IMG/VR virus record: IMGVR_UViG_3300042879_006196
Location: 248,001-312,000 of that record
Length of the DNA stretch: 64,000 bases
Reading direction: 5' to 3' (one strand)
Shown here in pieces: positions 10,289-21,331 of this stretch (positions are counted from its first letter, which is position 1; every line of letters starts with the position of its first letter). The translations under genes were made by a program, and so were the position numbers. Under the pieces are notes generated by a model, which worked only from the letters and a program-made list of their open reading frames with translations, searched no databases and was not told where the DNA came from.

Positions 10289-11637
10289 GTGCTACTGGTG
10301 GACCTTCTATAAGCACAAGAAATCTTATCTTAAACTATGATCCAAGTAACTTTTTTTCATATAATGGTGTAGGTAACACTATTAACGACTTGTCTAGATC
10401 AAGTTTTTCTGGTGCATTGAATAATATTGTTTTCTCACAACAAAATCAAGGCATATTATCTTTTAATGGGTCTTCTTCTTTCATAACTGGAAATACTGGA
10501 TTTGGAACAATTTTAAATTCAGGTAATTACTCTGTGAATGCCTGGGTTTTTTTAAGCTCTTTAAGCACTGCTTCAATTTTCAATAACTTTTGCGTGGGTA
10601 TAGGTTCCACCTTTCTTGTGCCTTCAGTTTCTCAAAATGCTGGGCAAGCAGGCTCAGTTGCAGGAACTCTTACGCCAGGTTCGATTATTGTGGGCATGTC
10701 TGGCATAATTTCCACTTTACCAAATGTTTCATTATCAACAGTTTTTGATAATAGAAATGGAAATATTTATTCTATTACTGGTGGATTAACACAGCAAATT
10801 GTAGGTATTGATGCCATTAATAGGTTTTGTACTTTTTATCATTGGTATGGGGTTAATACATCTAGCGCCACAGGTTTGACTGTTAACTTTCAATACACTG
10901 GTGGTACTCCAACAATAAATTATAATAACTTTGTGGAAGTAATAAATTGTGATACAAAACCTGGTTTTGTAGAAAGTAGTGTTTCTGTGAATTATTTTGG
11001 GGCAGGTGCCACTAACACTCCGCTTTTTGCTTCAACTCGAATAAGGGATTTTGTTTACACTTCAAATTTTGGTAGATTTAACATCACTCCAACTTCGGGA
11101 ACTTTAAGTGGAAATTTGCAATTCACATCAGCGTTTGGAGGTAATGGTACTTATGGTTTATCTGCTAATTATGCGGTTCAAAACCCTATAGGATTTAACA
11201 GTGTTTATTATGCTGGCGGCTTAGGTGCCACTGGTTTTATTGGCGCAACTATAATAAAATCTTTAAATCCATACCGAGATGGAACACAAAACGCTGGAAT
11301 GGTTATAAATAATGGTGTAATTGCTTCAAGAACTACTACGCAAATTTACAACACCACACAATCTGTTTCAGTATCTAGATGGAATAATGTTTGCATTGTT
11401 TATTCTGGAATAGGTGCATCCACATATTTAAATGGCAATCTTGTGTCTACTCAAGATGCAGCTAAATTAGTTGCTTCAGTAGGGGTTACTAGTTTTGTCA
11501 TTGGTTCTAATGGTGTAACTACAAATTCTGAAGTATTAAATGGTAACATTGGATATATTGGAATTTACAACACAAACCTCACACAATCTGAAGTTACAAA
11601 CAATTTTAATGCTTTAGTGAGCAGGTTCATAGCTTAG
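10285..11637 (+). CDS. LamG-like virion protein with a large central insertion
   Basis: LNYDPSN..SY.G.G.T.NDLS start and WNNVCIVY..YLNG..NG.IG.I.IYN..LT.SEV.NNF end, separated by about 250 aa of unrelated beta-rich sequence. Confidence 0.65.
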   Translation: MSATGGPSISTRNLILNYDPSNFFSYNGVGNTINDLSRSSFSGALNNIVFSQQNQGILSFNGSSSFITGNTGFGTILNSGNYSVNAWVFLSSLSTASIFNNFCVGIGSTFLVPSVSQNAGQAGSVAGTLTPGSIIVGMSGIISTLPNVSLSTVFDNRNGNIYSITGGLTQQIVGIDAINRFCTFYHWYGVNTSSATGLTVNFQYTGGTPTINYNNFVEVINCDTKPGFVESSVSVNYFGAGATNTPLFASTRIRDFVYTSNFGRFNITPTSGTLSGNLQFTSAFGGNGTYGLSANYAVQNPIGFNSVYYAGGLGATGFIGATIIKSLNPYRDGTQNAGMVINNGVIASRTTTQIYNTTQSVSVSRWNNVCIVYSGIGASTYLNGNLVSTQDAAKLVASVGVTSFVIGSNGVTTNSEVLNGNIGYIGIYNTNLTQSEVTNNFNALVSRFIA

Positions 11638-11676
11638 GTAAAAACCCAAAAAAATAAGAATATTAATTTGTAGTGT

Positions 11677-14600
11677 ATGAGAATTTATAACGATTCAATA
11701 GAAAATGCAGTGGGGATAAGCTCATCTCAGTATGGGCTTTATGTTGGGTCTGGATATACATTTTTTACACCTCCTGTAAATGGTTTAATTATTCAAGGCT
11801 CTGTAGGAATTGCAACTTCAAGTCCAACACAAGCACTACACGTTTCTGGGTCTGCAAGAATTACAGGTGCAATTTATGATTCAAATAACGCCACAGGTTC
11901 TTTGAATCAAGTTTTAACATCTACTGGAGTTGGTATAACTTGGGCTACTGTAAGTTCAACAGGTGGGGTGTCTGGCTCTGGAACAACAAACACTGTTGCT
12001 AAATTTAATTCTTCAAGCTCTTTATCTAACTCAAACATCACAGATAATGGAATTGCAGTAACAGTAAATTCTCGCATTTTTGTTAATGGTTTTGGTTCTT
12101 TTTTAGGTGATTTGTTCGTTAATCTCATAACTGTTGGGAGAGGTGGTGGATCAAATACGCTTAATACTGTTGTAGGTTTTCAAGCTGGTCTTGCAAATAC
12201 GTCTGGTTCTAATAATACTTTTATTGGATATCAAGCTGGATTAGCTAATACTTCAGGATCAAACAACACTGCTCTTGGAGCTTCAGCCTTATTCAGTAAT
12301 AACACAGGTGCGTCTAATGTTGCTATAGGCTACAATGCTTTATATGCTACAACGTATGGTGCAAGAAATGTAACTGTAGGTTTTGAAGCTGGATATCAAA
12401 TTGTTAGTGCAAATGACAACACTTATATGGGTTACAGAGTTGGATATGCCAATACAAATGGTTCAGGAAATTCTGCATTTGGAATTAACGCCTTAAATTC
12501 AGCTACCACTCCTTTCTTCAACACAGCTATAGGTAGGCAGTCACTTTATTCTACTACAACTGGGGGCGACAATACAGCTGTTGGGAATAATGCTGGTTTT
12601 ACTAATACAACTGGAACATATAATGTCTACATTGGGGCTGGAGCTGGACAATATCAAACACAATCTTTTCTCACAGCAATTGGTGGAGTGGCGCTTAGAG
12701 GAAATGTTGACACAACTTTAAATACTGGGACTTTAAATGTTGCTGTTGGGTACGCTGCTGGAACTGCAAATACTTCAGGTAGTAGCAACACTTTTATTGG
12801 TCACACTGCAGGGGCAAACAACAGTACAGGAAATACAAATACTTTTGTAGGAAACTATGCTGGTTCAGCTAACACATCGGGTTCAAATAATAATTTTTTT
12901 GGTGCGAATACTGGAGCTAACAATTCCACAGGCACTGGAAACGTTGCTATGGGAATTTCTGCTTTCAATCAAAACAGGCATGGGATAAATAATGTTGCTA
13001 TTGGCAGACAAGCTTTCTATTATAATGTTTCAGGAAGTAGTAATGTTGCAGTGGGCAACAACGCTTTATTTTACTATGAATCTTCTTCAAGCAATACGGC
13101 TGTTGGAGACGCTGCGCTCTTAGGTAATTCTACCACTTCTTTAAACACTGCCTCAGGCAACGTGGCTTTGGGTGCTTCTGCAGGCATAGCTAATTCTTCT
13201 GGATCATTTAACGTATATATTGGCAATTCTGCTGGAAGCACAGTAACTACAGGCAATAATAATGTTTTTGTTGGTAATCAGTCAAATGGAATTGCGGCTG
13301 GCAGTAACCAAATAGCTATTGGTCAAGGCGTAATTATTACAGCATCTAACCAAGGAGCATGGGGTGGAAGCACTAATTCTACTCGAACTAACCTTGGTAT
13401 AGGTACTTTTTCACCTTTAGCGAGATTACACATTGAGACTTTAGCTGCAGCAAATATGGGTTTGTATATTGCTGGTTCTGCATCTCAGACTGGAGACTTG
13501 GTAGAAGTAAATGCCACTGCAAATGGTGCAAATTATTTCACAATAACAGGAATTGGCTCTGTGGGCATTTACACTGCTACCCCGACACAACAATTACATG
13601 TTTCTGGTAATGTCAGAATAAATGGTGGAATCTTTGATTCTAACAACAACATAGGTTTAGCAAACTCTGTTTTAAGCTCTACAGGCACAGGTTTAGCTTG
13701 GATTGCTCAGTCTGCTGCAGCTGCAGGCAGTGGAACAATTGGCGGCTCAATATCTACGAACCAAATTGCTTTTGGCAACACTTTAAATGTAATCACTGGT
13801 ATTTCAACTTTTGTTTATTCAAATAATCGTGTTGGTATTGGCACTGCTGTTCCTTTGTCTATTCTTCACACACGATCTGGTTTTGCTAATTCTTCAGCAT
13901 TGAGGGTAGATGGTATTTCTGGCAATCTTTTTGAAGTCACAGATATTCTAACAGGTAACTTGCAGTCTGTAAACAATATTTCTGGTTTACCTGTTTTTCA
14001 AGTTTTTGATGGTGTAAATAACCCATTGGTTGCAGTAAAAACTCCAGTGGGTCTCGCTTCTGAAGCATTCTCTGTTACATCACCTCTTAATTTTCCTTAT
14101 TTCAGTGTGAGCGGTTTAGGAAGCGTGGGTATTGGAACTTCCACCCCTTCAAGAACTATGCATGTTCAAGGAAATATGCGTGTTACAGGCGTGTTTGCCG
14201 ATACATTCAATGCTGCTGGTGCATCTAACAATTTATTACAATCTACAGGATCTGGAACTGCTTGGTCTTCCTTTGTTCAACTAGGTTTAGTTACAGGTGC
14301 AAGTGCTGGTTCTAGAATTGCTTTTTATGCTACTCCAAACTCTTTGATTGGTGTATCTACCTTCGTTTACACAGGTATAGGCTCTGTTGGAATAGGAACA
14401 GCTAACCCCACGCAACTATTACATGTCACTGGTATTGGTAGATTTGACCAAATTACATTGGGACCAACAGCCACTCCTGTTTCTGGATATCCACTTTCTC
14501 TATTTGGTAATTTTTATTTAAGAGCAAATGATGTTATTTCATGGTCAGCTGGAAATGCAAGTATTGTATCAGCAAGTGGTGTTTTTGATTTAAGATTCAG

Positions 14601-15381
14601 AACATATAACGGCTCTACTGCTGAGTTTGAGCATATGAGAATTTTGTCTAATGGAAATGTTGGCATCGGAACTACTGGACCTTTAGCAAAACTACATGTT
14701 CAAAGCTCTAATGTCGCTAATATACCATTAATTCTTTCAGGTTTTGGAATACAAACTGCTGATTATTTGAGAATTGAATCGCAAGTCAATGGAACAAGAT
14801 TAATTACAATTGATTCAACAGGAGAATTAGGTATTGGAACATCCACTCCTACTCAAACTCTGCATGTGCAAGCAGGATCTAGGTTTAATGGAGCAATTTT
14901 TGACACTAATAATCTTTCTGGTGGTCCGATTGGTATTGTAAGCCAAGTATTGCAATCAACTGGAACAGGTGTGACGTGGGCTCCAGTAAAAAGATCATTA
15001 ATCATACCATTGATGACAGCATTTACACCCACTGCTTCTGGAATTGATGCAGGTGTATTTATTGTACCACAAGATCCTATTAATGGTATTTCATCTGTAA
15101 ACTATAACTTACGAAGGGTTAATGTGCGAGTTGAAACTCCAGCAACAGGAATCACTACAATAAATGTATCTAAATCCACAAGTCCTGGCGTGTTCTCTGG
15201 TGCGAATATTTTATCTTCAGATATTCTTGTTACAGGTGCTTCTAATTATGAATTCGCATCTAGCTCCTTTACTGGATTTGGAGCAACAGCAACAAGTAAC
15301 GATAAATTTGCAGTGAACTTTATAGGGACAGCACCAACATTTGCTAACTTTACAGTGGAATTAATATTGAGAGAAGCATGA
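11677..15381 (+). CDS. second tail fibre / adhesin-like protein (1234 aa)
   Basis: Shares NTAVG repeats and whole modules (SNITDNGIAVTVNSR; WGG.TN.TRT.LGIGTF.PL.RLH.ETLAA.NMGLYIAGS) with the 2792-aa protein. Confidence 0.75.
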   Translation: MRIYNDSIENAVGISSSQYGLYVGSGYTFFTPPVNGLIIQGSVGIATSSPTQALHVSGSARITGAIYDSNNATGSLNQVLTSTGVGITWATVSSTGGVSGSGTTNTVAKFNSSSSLSNSNITDNGIAVTVNSRIFVNGFGSFLGDLFVNLITVGRGGGSNTLNTVVGFQAGLANTSGSNNTFIGYQAGLANTSGSNNTALGASALFSNNTGASNVAIGYNALYATTYGARNVTVGFEAGYQIVSANDNTYMGYRVGYANTNGSGNSAFGINALNSATTPFFNTAIGRQSLYSTTTGGDNTAVGNNAGFTNTTGTYNVYIGAGAGQYQTQSFLTAIGGVALRGNVDTTLNTGTLNVAVGYAAGTANTSGSSNTFIGHTAGANNSTGNTNTFVGNYAGSANTSGSNNNFFGANTGANNSTGTGNVAMGISAFNQNRHGINNVAIGRQAFYYNVSGSSNVAVGNNALFYYESSSSNTAVGDAALLGNSTTSLNTASGNVALGASAGIANSSGSFNVYIGNSAGSTVTTGNNNVFVGNQSNGIAAGSNQIAIGQGVIITASNQGAWGGSTNSTRTNLGIGTFSPLARLHIETLAAANMGLYIAGSASQTGDLVEVNATANGANYFTITGIGSVGIYTATPTQQLHVSGNVRINGGIFDSNNNIGLANSVLSSTGTGLAWIAQSAAAAGSGTIGGSISTNQIAFGNTLNVITGISTFVYSNNRVGIGTAVPLSILHTRSGFANSSALRVDGISGNLFEVTDILTGNLQSVNNISGLPVFQVFDGVNNPLVAVKTPVGLASEAFSVTSPLNFPYFSVSGLGSVGIGTSTPSRTMHVQGNMRVTGVFADTFNAAGASNNLLQSTGSGTAWSSFVQLGLVTGASAGSRIAFYATPNSLIGVSTFVYTGIGSVGIGTANPTQLLHVTGIGRFDQITLGPTATPVSGYPLSLFGNFYLRANDVISWSAGNASIVSASGVFDLRFRTYNGSTAEFEHMRILSNGNVGIGTTGPLAKLHVQSSNVANIPLILSGFGIQTADYLRIESQVNGTRLITIDSTGELGIGTSTPTQTLHVQAGSRFNGAIFDTNNLSGGPIGIVSQVLQSTGTGVTWAPVKRSLIIPLMTAFTPTASGIDAGVFIVPQDPINGISSVNYNLRRVNVRVETPATGITTINVSKSTSPGVFSGANILSSDILVTGASNYEFASSSFTGFGATATSNDKFAVNFIGTAPTFANFTVELILREA

Positions 15382-15872
15382 AATTAGAAAAACAAAAAAG
15401 AAATGATTTTGATATTTGGTTGAATGAAAATGGTGCAATTTATTCAATTATTCCAGTACCTAAAAATCTATGTTATCATTTTTGCTTACCTGAAACATTT
15501 TATCAAACAATCTTACAATTGGGATCATGTGGAAACTCACTGAGATATTTAATTAAACAAAAATACCCCGACACAATTTTAACAGATGTGGATGTAGAAG
15601 ATTACTCAGAATATTCCGATAATTTTATCCAAGACGATGCATATTCATTTATAAAAACCACTGTAATTGAATATGATTATTCAATTGTTGATTTAGCTAC
15701 CACAGATGATGTTTGTGATTTTATTACTGAATTAGATTTTCAATTAAATTTGAAAAGAATCAGCAAGCAAGGAGTGATAAATTGTGGGAGTAATTACAAA
15801 GATTTTTCTTTATTAAAATGTACAAAAAAAATAAAAGCAGAGGGTAATCACCTTTACTTTTGGGAGAGATAA
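15378..15872 (+). CDS. class I SAM-binding / spermidine-synthase-like protein (degenerate)
   Basis: LQLGSCG motif I-like, DVDVE acidic strand and DAYSFIK....YDYSIVDL resemble the spermidine synthase core. Confidence 0.4.
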   Translation: MKLEKQKRNDFDIWLNENGAIYSIIPVPKNLCYHFCLPETFYQTILQLGSCGNSLRYLIKQKYPDTILTDVDVEDYSEYSDNFIQDDAYSFIKTTVIEYDYSIVDLATTDDVCDFITELDFQLNLKRISKQGVINCGSNYKDFSLLKCTKKIKAEGNHLYFWER

Positions 15873-16826
15873 ATGGCAACAGCAGGACCTAATTATTCTG
15901 GAGCGGTGGCAAATGATGCTTCTATTGGCACAGTTGCATGGGTCAACCCTACAAATGCTCAAGGTAATCAAACAACAGTTTATGCTTATGTTGACCTTCT
16001 AAATGCGGGTGTTGTAGAGCTATCGATTAAATTAATTAAAGGTGGTGTTATATCTGGAACAGACAAATCTACTGGCGCAACAATACCTACAACTCTCACC
16101 ACGGTAAATTACGGAAGTGCTTCTGATTTATGGGGTCTGACATTCACTCCCACCGATATTAATTCATCAAATTTTGGCGTGGTATTTGCCTCACAGGAAC
16201 CCTTAGCACCAACAGAATCAAATTATCTTTCTGCAACTAATTTTGGATTTTCTATTCCTGCTGGTTCGACAATAAATGGAATATCATGTTCTATAACGCA
16301 GTTAGCGGCAAATGCAGCTTCTTTTGCTGAAGGCACACAAATTCAAACACAATCTGGAATTAAAAACATAGAAGAAATAACAAAAGATGATTTAGTTTTA
16401 AGTTTTAATAAAAATACAAAAAAATGCTCTTACAAAAAAGTAAAAGACGTAGTTTGCACAACAGTGCATGAATATTTAATCATCAACGAAAAAATAATCA
16501 CAACTTTTAATCACTTATTTTTTACTACAAGAGGCTGGGTTCAGGCGGCAGAACTAAAAAAAGATGATTACTTATGGAAACGAAAAAACAATAAGTGGTG
16601 CAAAGAAAAAATTAAGAAAATACAAACTGAAAAGCAAACTATTAATGTTTATAATTTTGAAGTAGAAGAAAACAACACTTACTTTGCTAATGATTTTGCT
16701 GTGCATAATGTGATTCTTGTGAACAGATATGTAAGAGTGTATAATTTTGGAATATCTGTAGACTATACAGCCTCAGGCGGAGGAGGAGTACAAAGAAGAA
16801 GAGTGATAGCTACTTCCCTTGATTAG
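15873..16826 (+). CDS. virion-type beta-sandwich protein interrupted by a Hint (intein-like) domain
   Basis: N-part with YGSASDLWG and SNYLSATNFGFSIP; Hint domain at residues 150-279; short beta-rich C-terminal part. Confidence 0.7.
   Translation: MATAGPNYSGAVANDASIGTVAWVNPTNAQGNQTTVYAYVDLLNAGVVELSIKLIKGGVISGTDKSTGATIPTTLTTVNYGSASDLWGLTFTPTDINSSNFGVVFASQEPLAPTESNYLSATNFGFSIPAGSTINGISCSITQLAANAASFAEGTQIQTQSGIKNIEEITKDDLVLSFNKNTKKCSYKKVKDVVCTTVHEYLIINEKIITTFNHLFFTTRGWVQAAELKKDDYLWKRKNNKWCKEKIKKIQTEKQTINVYNFEVEENNTYFANDFAVHNVILVNRYVRVYNFGISVDYTASGGGGVQRRRVIATSLD
16320..16709 (+). other. 130-aa Hint / mini-intein-like domain
   Basis: Block A SFAEGTQI, block B TFNHLF (TxxH), block F/G VYNFEVEENNTYFANDFAVHN; the +1 residue is Val. 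Confidence 0.85.
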
Positions 16827-17028
16827 AATTTTTAATTTTATTCTTAGATTGTGTTTTAATGTTTTTACCCATGTCTTCATTTGGAATTGTATCAACTACT
16901 TCAATCCCTTCTATTTTGTCTAAAAAAGCCATAAGCTCTAAACATTCAGAACCAGATGTTCCCTTTGGTGTAACGAGAATTTTACCCTTTTCATCAATCT
17001 CAATAACTAATTCCACTTTCTTGCTCAT
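16810..17028 (-). CDS. DUF2997-like small protein
   Basis: IEIDEKGKILV..KG.SGSECLE matches the recalled I..DG.V..EV.G..G..C pattern; adjacent to a DUF1257-like gene. Confidence 0.6.
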   Translation of the reverse strand: MSKKVELVIEIDEKGKILVTPKGTSGSECLELMAFLDKIEGIEVVDTIPNEDMGKNIKTQSKNKIKNSNQGK

Positions 17029-17423
17029 ATGATTTTACCTGCTGTAATTGTAATTGATTTGTCTGTATTTTTTACTTCAGCGCTGACAGTAAATTTATTC
17101 TTTTTTAATGCTGATTTGATTGCTGTCAAAGCGTAAGATTGTGTAACTTTATCTGCCACACCTTTGTGAGAATCATAATCAGAACAAATCATAATATATT
17201 CTTTAGAACTATCATCAAAAGAAAATCCTAAATCATTTGAAGCTAAAGAAATTTGTTTTCGTGGAACAATGATTTCAGCTTTTTCTTCTCTTGTGTCGTT
17301 CATGTAACCTTGAAGATTATGTTTTTCTTTATAAACTACAGGTTCATAACCTAAACTCTTTAAGCTCTCAATGAGAGTGGAGTGATCTTTGAATGAACAT
17401 TTAATTGTTTTATATGCTGACAT
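17025..17423 (-). CDS. DUF1257 / Ycf35-like protein
   Basis: MS.Y.TIK..FKD...L..SL..LGY..AEI.V..NDLGF......Y.MI.SDYD pattern. Confidence 0.7.
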   Translation of the reverse strand: MSAYKTIKCSFKDHSTLIESLKSLGYEPVVYKEKHNLQGYMNDTREEKAEIIVPRKQISLASNDLGFSFDDSSKEYIMICSDYDSHKGVADKVTQSYALTAIKSALKKNKFTVSAEVKNTDKSITITAGKII

Positions 17424-17742
17424 CTTTTACTTCCATATATTCATAACTAGGCAACAATTCTCTGAACAATCTAGAACAGACAGGACAAAGCCAACAATTA
17501 ATTGCAACTTCACCTGGTACAGAAGAATGTTCTTTATATTTTTCATTGTAATTGATGAGATTTCCTGCTGGAATTGTATATCCAGATTGTGTTGAAGTAG
17601 GTGTTACCATGTAACATGCTTTACAACCTAAAACAACAGGATACTTATCTTCAACAATGAGAACGAAATTATCTGTAAGTACAAATTTTTGTTTTAAAGA
17701 TTTTAATTCTTTAATTTTAAGTTCAAATAGATAATTTTCCAT
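17410..17742 (-). CDS. hypothetical protein with two CxxC motifs
   Basis: 110-aa ORF; GCKAC and CWLCPVC. Confidence 0.45.
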   Translation of the reverse strand: MENYLFELKIKELKSLKQKFVLTDNFVLIVEDKYPVVLGCKACYMVTPTSTQSGYTIPAGNLINYNEKYKEHSSVPGEVAINCWLCPVCSRLFRELLPSYEYMEVKDVSI

Positions 17743-17890
17743 TGTGTTTTGAAAAGATTATTCTTTACGCTTTTTTCCCATTTCGAAACGTGAATAATCT
17801 TTCTTCTTAATTCTACTTCAATTTCATTTAAAAAGTTTCCTTAATTATAATTAATCTAGATTAATATATATGTATATATATTTTCCCTTC

Positions 17891-18205
17891 TTAGTAAAGG
17901 TCATTTTTTTCATACACATAGAGATTAATTTCTTCTGTTAAGATTGTGTGCGTGGGATTTTCTTCGGGAAACAATATTGGCGACACAAATGGTTTTTGTG
18001 TGACGATGTTTGAAAATTTTAACACACAATTCGTATCGTCTCCATTTTTGAATTTTTCATAAACATCCAAGAATTTTTTATCTATTCTTACCTTTGAGCC
18101 AAAAACAAAATGTTTTTTTGCCCCTCCATATAGCTCATTTAAAATGTCGCAACCTTCTTCTAGCGTTAAAATTTGTTTTAATTTCCATTTATCAAAAACA
18201 TTCAT
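17891..18205 (-). CDS. hypothetical protein
   Basis: 104-aa ORF divergent from groEL; ATG 7 nt after TACAAA. Confidence 0.55.
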   Translation of the reverse strand: MNVFDKWKLKQILTLEEGCDILNELYGGAKKHFVFGSKVRIDKKFLDVYEKFKNGDDTNCVLKFSNIVTQKPFVSPILFPEENPTHTILTEEINLYVYEKNDLY

Positions 18206-18211
18206 AAAAAA

Positions 18212-18223
18212 TTTTGTACAAAA
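18212..18223. promoter_or_regulatory. palindromic bidirectional -10-like element TTTTGTACAAAA
   Basis: TACAAA on each strand is 7 nt from ATG 18230 (+) and ATG 18205 (-). Confidence 0.6.
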
Positions 18224-18226
18224 TAA

Positions 18227-19849
<1,623 letters not shown>

Positions 19850-19863
19850 CGTATATTAATGAT

Positions 19864-20400
19864 ATGAAAGTTAAAATGGGCAACAAAATATCTACTCTAA
19901 GCAAAGATGTAGTTGCATGTCACATGGCAAATTTCTTAAGCACAAGAGCGATTGTCTTGGGTAAAGAAAAAATATTTAAAGTTGCCTTCAATAAATACAA
20001 ACAGTTATGTTCATTATTTTTGAGAGAAAATAAAAAGTTTGTTTATGAATTTGGCGATGACAAATGGTTAGAAAAATTTATTGCTTTTCAATCAAAACAG
20101 CATGAATTAGCTTTACAAGAAATTTATTTCAAGTTCAGTGATGGTTCAGAATGGACTATCTTTTTACATGATATAGCTAATTTGAAAATGCTTTATGAGC
20201 CAGAAGAAAAACATGATAAATTTAAGTTATTAGAAAAACCTGTTGAGTTAGCAGATTGGGCGCAAAACAAGCTTACATGGGAACAAGTAAAAGATTTTTC
20301 TGTTTTGAGAAAAATTTCTGGTAACGAATCATCGTATATACACGAGTGGGCAGATGTAAAAAAACAAGTTCTGCAATATAAGTATGAAGCTGAAGACTGA
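19864..20400 (+). CDS. hypothetical protein
   Basis: 178-aa ORF; TATATT 6 nt before ATG. Confidence 0.55.
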   Translation: MKVKMGNKISTLSKDVVACHMANFLSTRAIVLGKEKIFKVAFNKYKQLCSLFLRENKKFVYEFGDDKWLEKFIAFQSKQHELALQEIYFKFSDGSEWTIFLHDIANLKMLYEPEEKHDKFKLLEKPVELADWAQNKLTWEQVKDFSVLRKISGNESSYIHEWADVKKQVLQYKYEAED

Positions 20401-20962
20401 TCTTTTAAATCCAAAAAACTTCAATCGCACACAATCTGAGCTTGAAGAATTTCTTTTATTATGCATATTTGTTGCAGGCAAAAGTAGTAAAACACAATAC
20501 AAAAAATTAGAATTATTTTTAGACGAACTAGATACTACTAATGGAATTTTTGATGCTTTATCTAAACTTTCTATTGATGAAATCAAGCAAAAATTAATTA
20601 AAGTAAAAGCTGGGCAATATAGCAGATTGTGTGGTTGTTTGTTTATTTTGTCTAGAAAAAATTTAGATCTTCAAACATGCACATGTGAAGAATTAGAATC
20701 AATCCCAGGCATAGGAATGAAAACCTCAAGGTTTTTTATCACTTATTCAAGGTTAACAAATAGTTATGCTATTTTAGACACCCACATTCTGGCTTGGTTA
20801 AAAAACATTTACCCAGATGCTCCAAAAGCCACACCTTCAAATAAAAAAGAATATTTGAAGTATGAAAAATTTTTTCTTTCTGAGTGTTTAAAGAGAAATT
20901 TACCTCCGCATGAGTTAGATTTACAAATTTGGAAAGAAAGGCAAAAATCATGGAAAGTTTAG
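20384..20962 (+). CDS. HhH-GPD superfamily DNA glycosylase (Ogg2 / endonuclease III-like)
   Basis: Helix-hairpin-helix LESIPGIGMKTSRFF followed by AILDTHIL (catalytic Lys/Asp positions). Confidence 0.75.
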   Translation: MKLKTDLLNPKNFNRTQSELEEFLLLCIFVAGKSSKTQYKKLELFLDELDTTNGIFDALSKLSIDEIKQKLIKVKAGQYSRLCGCLFILSRKNLDLQTCTCEELESIPGIGMKTSRFFITYSRLTNSYAILDTHILAWLKNIYPDAPKATPSNKKEYLKYEKFFLSECLKRNLPPHELDLQIWKERQKSWKV

Positions 20963-21300
20963 GACAACATATTTTATTAGACCTTTATGGTTGCCAGAAC
21001 ACAAATCAGCCTTGGGTTGAATTAAGAGAAATGTTCATGAATGGGTTAACGAAAGGTAATTTCACGGTATTGAATGACCACCATCATCAATTTGAACCTC
21101 ATGGCATCAGTGGGGTTTTCATTTTAGCAGAAAGCCATTTAAGTTTTCATATTTGGACTGAGCTTCAGTTTGTGTCTTTGGATATTTACTGGTGTGGCAA
21201 TTCATGTGATGAACAAAAACTAGTCAATAGGATTAGTGAATTTTTTGAACCAGAGGCTATAGAATATAAATTTATTGAGCGCGGAATTTTTTCAGAATAG
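20950..21300 (+). CDS. speD: S-adenosylmethionine decarboxylase proenzyme
   Basis: GQHILLDLYGC, HQFEPHGISGV.ILAESHLSFH.W.E, SLDIY.CG; ESH self-cleavage site. Confidence 0.93.
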   Translation: MESLGQHILLDLYGCQNTNQPWVELREMFMNGLTKGNFTVLNDHHHQFEPHGISGVFILAESHLSFHIWTELQFVSLDIYWCGNSCDEQKLVNRISEFFEPEAIEYKFIERGIFSE

Positions 21301-21331
21301 GTTTTTTTAATCTAATCTTGAAAAATAAAGT

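Noticed and set aside
1396-13256. Antisense ORFs inside the fibre genes and other nested ORF-track entries (e.g. 18421-18747, 19408-19842, 29841-30128, 52133-52480)
   Set aside because: Shadow frames of real genes, with no motifs or start signals.
17756-17860. Short minus-strand open frame (..IKETFLNEIEVELRRKIIHVSKWEKSVKE)
   Set aside because: No ATG/GTG/TTG start after the upstream stop; cannot be supported as a gene.
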